DNA of 64,000 nucleotides, taken from contig CM102288.1 of assembly GCA_046563655.1 (NCBI GenBank), positions 2,170,001 through 2,234,000 of the forward strand, given 5' to 3'. The stretch's first letter is position 1, and each line of letters begins with the position of its first letter. The DNA comes from Yuukianura sp. NJ FZ-2021 (Eukaryota). Positions 1 to 18,690 of this stretch are shown in pieces. The position numbers and the translations under genes are program-made. Below the pieces are notes generated by a model. The model saw only the letters and a program-made list of their open reading frames with translations, was not told the origin of the DNA and searched no databases.

Positions 1-3000
1 TTGTGTTCTACAAAGAAAAATCAATCCCAACACCTTGATTTTTGTCCTACTCAGATTATTGCCAATAATAATTAATACACCTTTCCTTTTCCATCTGCTC
101 TGTTTTGCATTTTCTTAACATAAAACATGACCTATGACCTAACATCATTGTAAAACTAACATGGAACATCATGAAAATATGAGAACGGACAAACTATGAT
201 CACAGTTTATGAGACAAAATTTAGTTTATTTTTGAAAGCTAAATGGCATAAAAATTTAGTTGAATCTTTTTCATAATTTATAATTAGTCAGTTTATTTGC
301 AGGATTTTAATTCCACTTGCTAATCTTTGAACTGCTGGGTTGATAAAAATACGAAGTTGGAAGGTTCTTCGACGATCTGTTATGGAAATATTTTTTGAAA
401 ATTTTCAATTAAAAAAAAGATTGATTTTTGAAATGCATTTTTGATTTGGGGTGAGTCATTTACTGTAGGAAGGTGTGAGTGGTTTAAGTGGATCACTTGT
501 AGGTTTTGATTGTTTGGAAATGGAAATGTGATCTCTGTGAGACTGAGGGCGTTTGTTCCTTTACTACACGCTTCACTTACTACGGGATCAAATGATACGA
601 ACTTCTTCATTTACACATTAACATTTCATATTACATTATGTTAAGAGTACAAAAGTTAGTACAAGTCAATTGATTTGAATCGATTTGCATCTTCTGCATA
701 ACCATACAAATCTTCTCTGATGAACCCATTGTCCCAATCTACGCTTCCCGTGAGAAAAAAATTCTCCTCATGCTGTCAAGTCTTAAAAAACGACATTTTA
801 TTAGAGGGGATGTCAAAAACGGATAAACTTTCTCCAACGAAGAACAAAAATTTCATTTTTCTTTGTTTTTCAGAAAAAAAAACTGCAGATTTTGGTCATT
901 TTTGAGGTTGGTTTTCTCTTCTCTTTCTGGATGGATCAATTCATGTTTTATGGAGGGAACCATAAATTGCAGACTTTCTCTTTTTCTGTTCTTTTTTTCG
1001 AACTGGGATCATTTGGACACAAAAAAAAACTTGACTCGAGGGAGACTCTTCCAATTTTTTTCATCTTTTCCCCTCAGCATTTCCCAAAGAGAAGAAAAAG
1101 AATAGAGAAAGTACTTTCTCTTTTGCTGAAGAAACTTCAGGAGATTCCCTTACGCTCTCTTTCCAACTTTTTCCAGAAGAGCTGCTCAGAATCGATTTTC
1201 TCAGAAGAAAAAAGCCCAACAGGAAAAAAAACTTGGTTTTTCGAGATACTTTTACGATCTTGTCTTTTCATCGTCTCTCCAAAAGAGAAAGTTGGAGAGA
1301 GCGAACGAGATGGGAAAAAGAAAGTGGCCATTTCCCCTTTATTAGGTTTTCGGTTTCTTCCAAAAAGCGAAGAGGAGGAGGAGGGAGGAGGAGGTGGAGG
1401 GGGAGGAGGAGGGGGGCTTCGGAGGTTTACGTGTGGGAGACATGTGAGTAATGTGTTTGAAAGAACTCCAGGGGGGCTTCCATAAAAATACCCGGGTTTT
1501 CTGTGATGACCTGCGGAAAGTCAATCAAATCCAGTCCATGCCTGCATGTTGCTGGAGAAAACACTTTCTCTTGGAGAAAGCGTTTTCTGACATCCAAATT
1601 AGAGCGCCAGAATTCAAATTCCGGGAGCGGGAGAAAGGAGACAGTTGCGGTGAAAGTTAGGTTGATTCTATTGTTCTTGTTTTGGCTTTTGTGTTGTGAA
1701 TGTGAAAGTTGGAGTGAACGTGACTCCTTGGGGGGACGCCAACGTGAAAAGCAGGCAAAGTGAAAGTCGCGCGAGCGACGCTACGTGAATTTGGGAGAGA
1801 TGCTGGTTGGTTGCCTAGGGAGACTGTGTTACTAGATAGGATTTGTGGAGGATGAGCCACGGTTAGGTTAGTTCTTCCTGAGGTGGAGAGTAGGCGGAGA
1901 CTGTTGTGTCCCAACCTCTGCCCAGAAGTCCCATCCTTTTCAGGATCTGCGCTCCAACAGTCCCATCATTTACCCATCCAAAGATTCCCTCCCACTGTCC
2001 CACCGTGTCCCGGACCATCCACACATCGGACACCACCAGCTACAGCTAAAGGAAGAGCGTCGTCAAAACCCAAGTCAACTTGAGTCTAGCATAACCATGA
2101 CAATAGTAGTCTGGATTCTGGGTTCCAGAAGATCCTCAGAGGTCGAAAGGTCACGACGTTTCACAAAGGCGTGAAAACACCGAATTCGGTTTTTTGTCTT
2201 CACACTTTAGGGTTTGAGCTTAAGTGTGACGGTCACGGTACTGTCAGATTCTGAGAAAGTTGAACTTTTGTTTTGATTGAGTTCGACAAGTGACTATGTG
2301 AGTGAAAACTTTTGGATTTTTTTGAAATTTTGACTTTGAGAGAAAGTTTGAGGTCAAGGTCATGCGCTGCAAACCAGTCGCTCGCAAGGTCAACAACCAC
2401 CAGGGTAAGAAATTTCACTTTTTCATTTTTCCGCGATATGCTTTGTACTGGTAGAGCTGCGCTGAATTGGAAGTGGTTTTTTAAAAATAATGTGGAGCAG
2501 TCAGAGAATTTAAAAATCAGCGTCACTCCAAAGTAGTCGAACGCTGATTCCAGTCAAGTATTTTTCTGTTTTAAAACATGCGCTCAGCATCTCTTAGAAT
2601 GGCAAGATGTAAGTTTTCTTCAAGCGATCTTACACATTTCAAAGAAGAAAATTTGTTCAAATCGTACAAAAACTGTGGAAATTTTGATTTTGAAAAAGTA
2701 TTTTTTTTCAAAATATTTGTTCCCATTTTTCAAATAATACTGATAAAATAGTCATAGAAGGTACATTTTCAAACAAGAATTTGAAAAACCCATGATAGTC
2801 CTAATAACAAACTGGCAAAAGTTCGAATTTTGGTGGACAATTCTAAATTTTTTTTCGTACGGCGTTGAAATGACTCAAACTTGAAACCAAAAAGTAGGAA
2901 TCAGAATGTCACTTCAGATGACCTCTTGACCTCCCAAAGTGATTCCTTGTGCAAGTAAAGTTGCTATTGAGGTTGACACTGCATGGGACGAGGGATGACA

Positions 3001-6000
3001 TTGTACCAAAATTGAAAAAGTAATTGAAAAGATCGATTAGTGACTGCGGGGGTGTGAGAGGAGAGTGAAGTGTGTCTATTAGATCAATAAGTCCCATCCA
3101 CTGTCCACTTCAACCTAATTCATCCAAAACACGACATTTCACCCGATTTCGGAATACTATATGTTCTTTTCGAAAAAAAAATTTTTCTAAGAAAAAAAAA
3201 CTTTCTAAATTTTGAAAATTTGGCTATTGCTGACGACGAAAACCTTCTCTCTTAAACTGATTGCATGACAAGACCTATGATGTTTTTGGTAGTGGCGTCT
3301 TGGTTCTGAAAATTTTTAAAAAAGCGGGGGAATGGATGGTACCCTTGACACACAAGTTGACCCTAAGGTCAATTAGTTTTTGATTAAGCTCGATGTTACA
3401 GAAAGTAAGTAGAGTTCAGGAGGATACTGCATCCTGGTTAGGTTTGGTTAAGATGTTAAGGGCTGCAGATGCTGAGGGTGGACATGAGGCCTGGAGTAGG
3501 CGGGGTACTTCCTCTTGACCCCCCTCTGGCCAAGGGCCCCCTTTGTCTCTTTTACTCACATTTCACTTCTTCCAAGAACGAAATCCAAGTCCCTCTGTAT
3601 CATACGAGGATCTTCCATGACAGAAGGGATCCTCTTGTCACGAGACACTTTCACATCCAACTTCCAAGGGTCACCTAACACAAGTCAAAGGGACCCCAAG
3701 GGACACATGTGGAACCGTTTAAGGGCTCCCAAAGACAAAAGACTTGGCAGTACTTGAACTTAAGCGTCAATTACAGTTGACAGTCCGACAGAGACAAATA
3801 AGGGCCCTTCACTTTCCAAGAAAAACTCAAAAAATACACAAAAAAATATAAAAAATCACAAAAATAGAAAAGAGGAGTCAGGAAAACTCCATTTCAAAAC
3901 GCAGATTTTGAGAATTTTTTTTAAATTCTTCTGTTCAAAGACTTAACTTTCTAGGCTTCCTTCTCCAAAAAGTAACATTTCCATTTTTTTTAAACGATTT
4001 TGAGCATCTTTATTTGAAATCAACCATATATCTAAGGGCTTACCACTTAATTTCATTAATTTCCAAATTGAATTTGATATTTTCTGTATTTGGAAATTGG
4101 CTTTCTAAAAAAACCGTGTTTGGAGTGTGCCGTTTTTAAAAATTCAGAACTTTTTGGAGCGATGCGAGAGTTAGTTTCCCCAGAAGCAAAAAGCTACTCT
4201 TTTCCCTGCGTACTTTCTAATTACCAGCCTCCGCTGCTGCTCTTTTCATTTGAAAACAAACCCCGCCACGGGGGGAAACACAAAAAAACCTGACAGTTCC
4301 GAGGCTCGAACTCGTGGACCTAAAATCTCTAGAGATTTTGACGAAGGCGAAGGATCCTCTCGTTCCATTTTCAAATTTTCATATTCTCATCAACATAAAA
4401 TGCCTCCAAGACTTTCTCTCTTTTCAGACAACACTAAAGTCAACTCTGACCCGCCACCACTCAAAAACAAACAAAAGAACAAGCGTCTAACTTCTTGTTT
4501 CAAATCTAGCTTCAAACCTAGCTTCCTATCTATTTTGTTAAAAAAAGCTATTTTATGCATCTACCTGCTCTGTCTGTCCGTCTGTCTGTCTGTTTTTTTA
4601 TATTATGTTTTTTTTTAATATTATTTTATAATAATCTATAATTTTTGCCATTTTAGTATTATAAAAGTAGTGAATTTTTAGTTTTTTGAATTGTATTTGG
4701 AATGATTGTAGCTGTGATGATGGGGGTGAAAGTGTGAAAGTGAAATTAATTGATTTGGTTCCTTTTGACTTGCCTCCATCTGGGAGTGATTGGTGTTTGG
4801 AGGGAAATTTGAAATTTTGGAACTGAAAGTGTCGTCTTTTGTCCTGCTGGAAGAAGCGAGGGAGGTTTCAAAAACTTTTGGCACTTGGCTTTTGATCGTC
4901 ACTACAAAGTGACTGTGGAGACAGTTGATCCTGAAGGTCGTTGATTTCCAGCAGATTCTGACGCTGCTATCCTGCTGCCTCTCCTCAAATTTTGAATGTT
5001 CCCTGCTGTTTCACAATTTCAAATAATTTCCATGGCTCCCGCCTTTCTCTCTCTCTGGCAGAAGGGAAAGTGAGAGATGGAAATTACAGTTGTGAGATGG
5101 GGAAAGTCACATTATGACAATCTGTGTCGGAGAGTTCTGTCTTAATTGAACCTTCGTGATAATTACCCGCTCTAGCTCTTTTCAACTTTTAATTAAAACT
5201 TTCCAAAAAATTTTTCAAAATTCTAAAAAAAAATGTTCTTACAGTTCAGCGCCCTTCTTGTTATAACCATTATCCAGTCACTACCAAAAACCTACAAACC
5301 GTTTTTGAAAACATTTTCTAAACTTTCTCCAACTTTCACTTTTTCTAAGTTCATTGAAACGCGCGCCCCTGCAATTCAAAAATTTAAACGTTTCAAAAAA
5401 AAAAGTTGAATTTCAACTTTGAAAACCAGACGATTTGGAAATTCTAAAATCTTCTCTTGAAATTCTCACTTTTTCTCCATTTACAAAATTTTGTTCGCAG
5501 TGTTTCATTTTGTAAATTTTATTAAAAAGTTCCGTCATCTCATCGAGGTCTGAGTTGGTGAAAGTAATTTTCTAAAAAAAAATTTTGCTCTAAAAAGTTG
5601 TAGATGAAAGTGAAGGATGAGTTTTATTTTTTTGAAAGTGGGGGAATGAAATTATGAATAGTTTTGAGTAATGGGTGAAGCTGTTGCTAGACCTAGCTAG
5701 GTCCAACTCAGTCGCAGCTAGACAGCTACATTGTGGAAACTAATGAAAAGCTAGTCAGTGACAGACACAGAGAGACAAATGACCTCGGTAGAAGAGGGGT
5801 GACTGGGGAGGTCACGTTAGGCTTATGTTAGGTTAGACTTTATGTTGGGCTGACAAGGTAATGGGCCTTGTTCTACATCTCCAGTGAATCCCTTCCATAA
5901 AATCCAATATCCAATTGTACACTTTCCTGGATAAACAGCTCCTCTTCCAGGATTTTTGTTATGAAGGAGGGGATGGAGCCATGTGCACAAGACATCTTTA

Positions 6001-7584
6001 TGGATGTGGCCCATCATAATCATAAGGCCTTACACCAGATTATCGCTTCCTCAACAATCGCTTCTTCAAATCCAGAAGCGCCAAAAGTCAAACAGGCAGA
6101 GCAGGCTTAATCTAGTGGATATCATTGAAAAAGCGTGTGGTGCAGGGAAAGCAAATCACCAAAAAGCAGCAGTGCCAGCTCACCAACACATGACGCTGAC
6201 CTTCCAGAATCAATTAATCATCGATTTTACACAAATTAACAAAAATTCAGAGCCAAAGATCACAATTTTTTCAAAATTGAAAAATTTGGGGTTTGAGTGA
6301 AAGTCAATTTGAATGCTCGTATGATTTTTCTTCGTTTTTTTTTAAATCAGCAAGTTTTTTTTTGTTGTGGAAGAAAGTTTGACCCCAGTTACCTTTGTTA
6401 TTAGTTAGTGCTCATCTCATGTTTTGATGAGCGATTAGACATTTTGTTAACTAAATACATTAAGTTATGTTTATGTTATGTATATTTTGTTCTGTTGTGT
6501 TTGGATTCAATTGTTTACACGTTTTGAAGCAACAGTTTTTGTAAAAGATAGTGATAACTCTGTTTCGTTTTATGTTTTGAAAAAGCACGAACACGAAAGT
6601 AACATTTTGAAGTGGGGAGATGCCCAGGGTGCATAACATTATGAAGATGGGGATGCTGACTATGGTGAAGGGCCTTGATGAGATCATCTCAGAGACACTG
6701 ATGATCAGATTACCAACAATAACTCTTATACCTATAAATGTTAACACGATTCCAGTGCTCAGGCACGTAGAGCCTCCAAGCAACGCTTCATGCTTAATTT
6801 CAATCTCAATTACTCATGCTCACTTCTTCTTTTATATCATTCACACTTACGTTTTCAAAAAAGCAATTTATGAACCATTATTTTCAAAATTTTAGTTTTA
6901 CTTTACGTTTTATCTTCCACAACGCGTTGAAATTTGGCAAGATCCGTTAGGTAGTATCAGTTCTTTTTCAACTGCTTTTTTAGTGTCGTCCGTGACCTCT
7001 TGTGACCTCTGCAGAAATGTTTTTGAAATTAAATTTTGAAATTTCTTTGAACTGCACAGGAGTCATGAAATGTGGGTGGTTTTTGAAAAAAAAAGTGTCT
7101 CTGATGAGTGTATTGTGGGAGTAAGGTCAGAGGTCATGCAGTTCTCAAGGGATGCGTCATTCTGTAACTTAGGGGGACTTGGTTATGTTAACGTTAGGTT
7201 AAGAGCAGGGGGAATTAGAAGGAAAGCGTGAAATGTGACGAGGTTATGATAAGGAGCAAAGTGTCGTCGTCAAATTACGACAATTTTGTGAAGGCATTAA
7301 GCGTAGATCCTGCTAAAGGCTCTGACTATGCCTCTCTCCATGTCTTTTCTGGATATGGAAAGGACAAAATCCTCTTTACAAAATGAATTTTTATGAAGAT
7401 GCGCATCCCCTTCTTCTAAGCACGTCCAATTTTTGTACTATACTAAAAAATACGAACAATGGGACATATAGTACTTTGAAAATGTCGCCTGGTGACAAGC
7501 GACAACGAGTAGGAGCGAAGTAGTCATAAAACGTGCGTTTGATTCTGATTATCTTCTAACTTTTTTCTGTTTTTTATTTTATAG

Positions 7585-7613
7585 ATGAAAGACGACGGCC
7601 ACTGGTGGATCAG
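7585..7613 (+). CDS. Putative isolated 29-nt upstream coding exon of the hamlet-like gene (DERRRPLVDQ)
   Basis: Branch-point-like TTCTAAC, long poly-T tract and ATAG acceptor; CAG|GTACGT donor. Ends in phase 0, matching the phase-0 start of exon 13011. The upstream start exon was not identified. Confidence 0.45.
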
Positions 7614-10600
7614 GTACGTTAAAAAACGAATGATTATGACTTTTTCCTTTTAGTTTTCGTTTGAAAAACGTTGAGGTCAAATTGAGGTCAAGGATTAGGC
7701 GTTTCTGACAAATCAAAGGAATAGTTTGGCCTCTAATGAGAGAAAACTTTTACTTTTACTTTCTCTTTGATCTTTTTGGGGCAAGTTGAGAATTGAGCGG
7801 AAAACACGAACTGTGTTGGCGCCAAGCTGTCTGGCCGGATTTAGTTTGAATTTTTTTAGGTTTCGGCGTTCGTTTCTGAAACGTTTTTCGGGTTTTCAGT
7901 GACATTTTTTTATCAGTGTCTATGACTCGATGTGTCTAGTGGACGATTACTAATTGAAAGCAGTTTTTTATTGTTGAGTGAACACGGATAATGATATAAT
8001 GGCGACCACAAAGTTTAGTAGAAGAGGAGGGTGAGTAAAGTGGTTTCATTTCATCATTTCAGTTGTGTGTTTTTTTTTCGGGGAGTTTTGGAACAATGTC
8101 GTAAATCGTTGCATGGTCATCGTTGTGACTTTGGTCTTTGATAGACAATTGACAGAAGACTGTCGATTTAGAACCTAAATGGAACGTCTTGTGACGAGTG
8201 AGAGTGAGAACGAACGTCCGTCAGGAAACTTCGTAAGTTTACCATTAATTGAAAACCGGCAGATGACGAAAAAGTGGTAATCTCGGAATTTTCAAAAATT
8301 TCTTAGGGAGCTGAACAGACAAAGGAAGATTGTGGCAGGATTGTCGTAGGTCATGGTTTGGCCATGTTAAGGATGCTGTTCACAGGATATGATCTTTTCT
8401 TGGACCATTTAAGCGTGAGATTTTCAATTTCGGATTTGATTAGTTTGTTGGTTATTGTGTGGGAGTGAAGGCGGTGTTTGGGGCTTTGTACTTTACAGTT
8501 TTGAAATGAAGCCTCTTACACTTCATGTCATTTTCGTTTTTTAAGTACACACAAACGTGTAATGAATGTGGAGCATGTTTAGTTAACAAAGGACTCCGTT
8601 TGTTTCCGGATGGTTACCATTTCTCGTAAAGTGTGAAATTGTAGATTAGGATTTTGTAAGAAGTTACTACTTACAAAAGGGGTTGGTGGTAAAGGGCTTC
8701 AATTCTGGTCGTGGCAGGTCATGTAATGAGAGAAACCGAGAATCCACGATACTCTCAGTACTTCGATTTCTGGAAGAATAAGGCTACCCAGTACTCAAAA
8801 CGTGTCTAAGGGCCCCTCTGTGGCCCCTGCAGGTGTGAATTCCCTTCAATGCTTGTTCTCATTCTCTTTTTTATTGTCATCTTCACAGATTGAGTCATCA
8901 TCACCATCACTTTCCAGAAGATCCAGTTTCAAACATAAACTTCACACTTCTCCACAGATCATCGGTACCTCAACCTTGGTACCCCGGGATACCTTTTATA
9001 CCGGTTGGATACCGGATCTGGATCTTCAACATACCTCGACAGTATTGTCATCTCCTCAACCCTTCTTCACACCTTGAAACTTGAGTAATTGTCACCATCG
9101 GGAGTTAGTCAATTGGAGGTTTAGCAGGTTCTTAGAAGTCGAGTGATGACATGGCACATCTTCATATCCATTCACACGCATCTCTAACTTCCCGCTATTT
9201 TTGGTTGACATTCTTCAATGGATGATCTTCTGTGTCGGAATGATGTGGAAGGGACGACGATGGTCCAGAATGGGATGGATTTGGACACATAGCTTATGGT
9301 TCCTGTGGAAACAGTTTTGGTCATGATTGGATGAAGGGAGAAACCATTACGATTAAAGGTTTTCGGGGGCCCTTAAATCTGAGTTGAGGTTTCCAAAAGT
9401 GTCCTTGGACACATTGGAAATGGTTTTGTGTCAAAGAGGGATGCTTAGTTAGTTGAATAGACAACATAATTATTGATGGGCTGTGGAGATCCCATTGACA
9501 AAGAGCAAGGGAGAGAGAGTGTCCCTGATTTTTTCTAGAAGGGGATGAGAGAATGATGATGGGATTTGGATATATACAGGGTACGTACGTAGGGATTCAA
9601 ATTCCAAAAAGTAGTGAAAAAGCTAAGGGCTCCTGGATCTTTTTCTATTGTATGGAAGTGTGAATGAGAATTTTAGAAATTCTGCAGAAAAAAAAACACA
9701 TTTGAAATTTCAAAACCCTCGGGAGGGTGACAGAGATGAAGATTTTGGACACTTCGGTTAGGCTTAAGGGACACTTTGAAAATTTGAAGGGACCATGAAG
9801 GGATGATCTCTTTTAAAGTTTTTCCACCACTGAAATATTATTATGCAAAGGTTTTACTATCTTAATACATTTTGGTTCTTAGTTTCAGTATATGCGAAGG
9901 CTCTGGATATTGTGGCCAAGGGTCCCTCTTTCTGCCTAAGTCCGTGACATCTCAATCGGTTCGGCCGGACACTTTGGCACAAAAGATGAGTCCCAGGTGA
10001 ATCCGTGGTCTTTTGTATGGAAGGCGTTGAGCCGTTATTCAATCGGATCCTCACCGTCCCTTGTGAATCTCCTTTGTGTGAGGGACCATCCCAAAAAGTA
10101 AATGGTTCCGCTGGAAGCTTATGGAAACTGTCGTTTTCCGAATTCAATTCACAGAAATTGTTGAATAGAGAAGAGGATTCATCCCGGACATTCCTGCTGA
10201 CACTCACAAGACCCTGAGGAGCAAATCAGACAAGGGGAAATGGGGGGCCCTTTTGTCTGATCTTTGCCCAGGATTGGGACATAACTTCTCTCAGGCATTC
10301 TGTCCTGCTGCTGTGAAAAACAGATTCCGATCAGATTCTGCATCTTTTCAATTATTCTTCAAAAACCAGAATCAAAATGGTACTTTTTGATCTTTGGATA
10401 TTGGATTTTTCAGTATTTTGAACTTAGATGCCACTTGAAAATGTTCTTGGAATTTCTGTCTCATTTTATTGAAAATCAGTTAAGGTGTCTCTCTGTATGA
10501 AATACAATGGCCATTCGGTTTTTGCCGGAAATCTAGTGCAAATTTTACATTTTACGTCTGCGTTACGTTCATCTGCGTCTGCCTCTGCGTTGCGTTTGGC

Positions 10601-13010
10601 ACATTTTTTTGATTCCGGAGAGTCTGCGATCTTGGAACGGATTGAATTTTCGTAATTTGTTCATTGGTTCATTAATTGAGTTGTGGGTTTTGGTTGAACT
10701 GATCCATAAGGGGCTTCATGGCCCCTTCATTCATGGAAAAGGGCCTGGTGGTATAAGGGGAGCCCTTTGAACTTCCTGGACGAGGAGAGATACACTTTTC
10801 CGTGTACTTTAAGGCTCCTTTTGTGTCATTTGTCCTGTTTTTGTGTCCATTGGGGGTCTCTTTTTTGTGTTGAAGAGGTTGAAGGTGTGAAGAAGAGATT
10901 TAGAAAAGGAAAAGATAAATGATGAAGGATGAGTAGAGATGTTTGAAGGAGGAGATCAGTGGTCCATTGTCACCTTCCGCTGTCCAAAGGTGACACAATG
11001 GACATATCACAGGTCCATGGTTAGGGTATGGATGAGCTTCTGTAGAGTATACAGGGATTCTCGGTTGAAGAAGAAAAGTTGTCAATTACGGACCAACACC
11101 CTCTGCCATTTCTAACCTCTGACAATTCAATCTTTGTAACAAAAGAAACTTTGAGGCTGAAACGCTCAAAAGCGAGCGGTTTGGTTTTGGAGAGAGTAAG
11201 TCTTGAGCTTTTCGTTTGAATGGAGAGTGGTCACGATTTTAAAAAGCTGTGCGTTTTTGGACTAAAATACTTGAAAATTTGGAAGTTTCTAAAAATCAGT
11301 TCATTTCGATTTGACTGCCGCTGAGATTCTGTCATTATGATACTGGGGGTGTGAAGATAGAAAGTGAGATGTTTCTTCTCACTTTCTTTTGTTGTTGGAT
11401 GATGATGGGCCCTTGGCATATCGGATTGTGGAGTTGATGGGGGCCCTTGAAGAGTAACATTCTGATTAATGCCTCACGTCCGTCTCGAGTGGATGGTCGT
11501 CTGAAAGCTTTTCCTCGTTCCTTTTGAACGACAGTAGAGAGGATGGGCGTGAGAGTGAAAGTGGATGGATGAGGAGACAGAGTGGAGAAAGTGGAAGAAA
11601 TCAATTGGGGAGACACAGAAGGGGAAGGAAGTTAATCGAGTCTTCCTAGGGACAACTTCATTCACACGTACATTACTACTTACTTACGCAGTAATCACCA
11701 CTTTACATCATTCCCTACTCTACTTACCACAAAATGAGGATCAAAAACACTAAAAATATGGTCAAAACTAAAAACTTTGTTTCGTTTTTCCTTGATGAAT
11801 CAAGATGATTTAACTGTCAAAATTCAAAAAAAAATCAGAATGCTGATTTAAAACGAATTTCGAACGGCATCAGATATTGCAAAACTTTTTCTTTCGTGAA
11901 TAATTGAAAAAAGAATTTTCAAAATAAAATTTTGACAAAGAGATTTGTAATTTTTGGTGTAAAACAAGAATTTTTTGCTATAATTTTTGGAAGTCTATTA
12001 CTCTACGAGCTGGCTGTCACGTTGCTCTTATTGATAAGCTTACCCTACAATTTTGTAAAGGTGTTTATTGAGACAAAAATTTTGAAATTGGGTGGAAAAC
12101 TTTTTTTTAAATTTTGGAAAACTTTTTTTTAAATTTTGGTTGAGCTTACTGAATTGGGTTAAATGTCAAAATTCATTTTGATTTTAGCTGATCATAAAAA
12201 GTATGTTTTTGATTTTTTTTTGTGTTTTATTGTTCTCGTTTTTTTTAAATTTGTTTTTGTGTTGACTGTTTGACTTTTGTGTGGGATTTGTGGTTTGCGT
12301 GTTATTAAATAAGTTGGAAGGAGTGAGTAGGTTAAGTGGGGGGTGACTTTGGAGTTAAGGGCCTCTTGTGTTTTTACTTCCGGAAGTTCAATGTCCATGC
12401 ACCCATTGTTTTTCAAAGTCCCCCTCTGCCTCGGAGTCATTAGTATTCTTCTGGATTTAAAGGGGGAGACTGATTTCCCAGGCTGTAGGAAATCAATGAT
12501 GTTCTTCTGGAAGGGGGAATTATTACAACTTAAACCATTAAGTCCCACTTCAGTATCCAAATCCAAAGGAGGGTACTTCACTTTTTTTAAAACGCACAAA
12601 ATTAGAATCAATTCTTCACTGGAGACTTAAGTCAAGGGCCCATCAATTCCTCTTTTTGGCCTCAGATGCAACCAACAAACAAAAACGAAATGCAGCAGTC
12701 TCTAAAAACTTTAGCATATAGGGTTTGGCTTTTTGGAAGAGAAAAAAGTGGGTACTTGAAAATGCAGAAGATTTTGAAAAAAAGGGCCCTGATTTGAAAG
12801 TTTTTTGTGAAGCTAATACCGTCACGGTGCCTTCTGGAAAAAGTTTTTTGAATATCCGATTTTATGGAAAATCTGAGATTTTAAGGGGAAACCCTTCAAT
12901 TGATACTCAAAATGTCACTTTTTTACTTTACTTTTCAAAAAGTTTCTGATTTCTCACATTTTGAAAAAGTTAAAAAAAGGTTTCAATTTTCTGTTTTTTG
13001 TATTTTCTAG

Positions 13011-17272
<4,262 letters not shown>

Positions 17273-18088
17273 AAATTTTGAGTATAATTCTACTCGATTT
17301 ACTGAAAACTCCTAGTTTACAGATTTCCAGTAATGCCGAGTTTCTTCAAATTGCTGCAACTTTCTCTGAAGTTACCGAAAAATGAGATTATTAATGGAGC
17401 AGGAGAAAGTTGACTTTCTCTTTGGCCAAAAAATATTCACGCACGCTTTTCTGAACTTGCCATTCCAAATTGCATTCCACTTTCAAGTTCCTGCAAAATT
17501 TTCAAAGTTTTTTCTTTTGTTGTGATGAAAAAGTTTTGAGGTGAGGTCAGGTCAAGGGTCAGAGTGTTTTAATCCAAAAGCAAATAATAGCAATTGAAAA
17601 CAAAGCACACACACATACACAATTAGTCAATCAGAATTTTAATTAAGATAAGGTTAATAGTTAAGCTAATTAGTGTTAAATTTAAAGTTTAATTTCTGAT
17701 TTTTGTGTGTTATTCTTTTGTGACGAGTCAAAAGCCTCTCTTTCTCTTTGGTACACTTAAGTGTAAAAAATAATTAATTTTAAATCTAATGAACTTTTAG
17801 CACACGATGATTAAGTTTTAGGAAATAAGGTAAATACAAAAGGTCATGACCTTGACCAAGGGTAATAAAATGAGCAAATAGAACTTTTTGTGCGGAGGAG
17901 GAAGGTGAAAGGGAGTGGGATAATCGGGTTTTGTGATTCTGCGGATCCGAGACCTTGTTTGGTATTCGGATGAGAAAGGAAGTTAGGAAGAGCGACGGAA
18001 GTTGTGAGATGAAGACTTCCGATAGCACACGAAAAGCAACAGGATCTCCGTCGTTCTGTTTTTGTGGTTGAACAAACTGTTATTACTG

Positions 18089-18099
18089 CGGTCACACTT
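18089..18099 (+). promoter_or_regulatory. Ohler motif 1 / M1BP-like core promoter element CGGTCACACTT
   Basis: Matches the Drosophila YGGTCACACTR consensus except at the last base; ~100 bp upstream of the ATG at 18196. Confidence 0.4.
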
Positions 18100-18195
18100 T
18101 GAAAATTTAGGATTTATAGTGACATTTTTTTTTCAAAAGAAAAAAATTGGCCCAGATTGAGTTTTTTGTCGTGATTTTATGTATTTTGATAAAAA

Positions 18196-18690
18196 ATGGA
18201 GTCAGATCCGGATCCAATTCAGAGTTTTAATAAATTGGCAAAAATTCAACAGTTTAATCACGAAGAAGCTGAGCGGGAAAAACTGCACAGAAACGATCCG
18301 TTGGAAACGAAACTGCTGCATATCAGTGTCGTCCTTGTCGTAATTGCTATTGCCTTTCTCATTTTCTTCAAACTATGCTGGGACAGAGAGTAAGGTCAAA
18401 GGTCAAACTTCAAAAATAAGGGAAATCTATAGAAAATTTGTAATTTTGATTCTGTTTTCAGGAAATATTGGCGACGGAATCAGCCTGACATACTTGGTGG
18501 GTCTCGGAGAACTTCATTGTCTAGTGGATCCCATCCCACGAGAGTGGTGGGTCATCCGACTGCCGCGACCACCAATGATCATGGCGGCACAACTACTACT
18601 GTCATTCCTGAATACAGCCACCACCAGAGTCACCATAACAAATATTCAAGTGACGATTTCAGAGAATGGGTAGTTTGTGGCAAAAAGTGA
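18196..18690 (+). CDS. Small single-pass membrane protein of unknown function (~140 aa, 2 exons)
   Basis: Exon 18196-18389 encodes the hydrophobic stretch LLHISVVLVVIAIAFLIFF followed by KLCWDR. Intron 18390-18461 (GTAAGG..TTTCAG). Exon 2 continues in frame, EKYWRRNQPD...DDFREWVVCGKK, to TGA at 18688-18690. Confidence 0.65.

Noticed and set aside
892..1485. 197-aa ORF and the other ORFs in 1-13000
   Set aside because: F/K/S-rich translations of A/T tracts and a GGA run, with no domain signature; most likely non-coding.
5690..5703. Perfect 14-bp palindrome GACCTAGCTAGGTC
   Set aside because: Single short palindrome, plausible by chance in 64 kb, with no associated structure.
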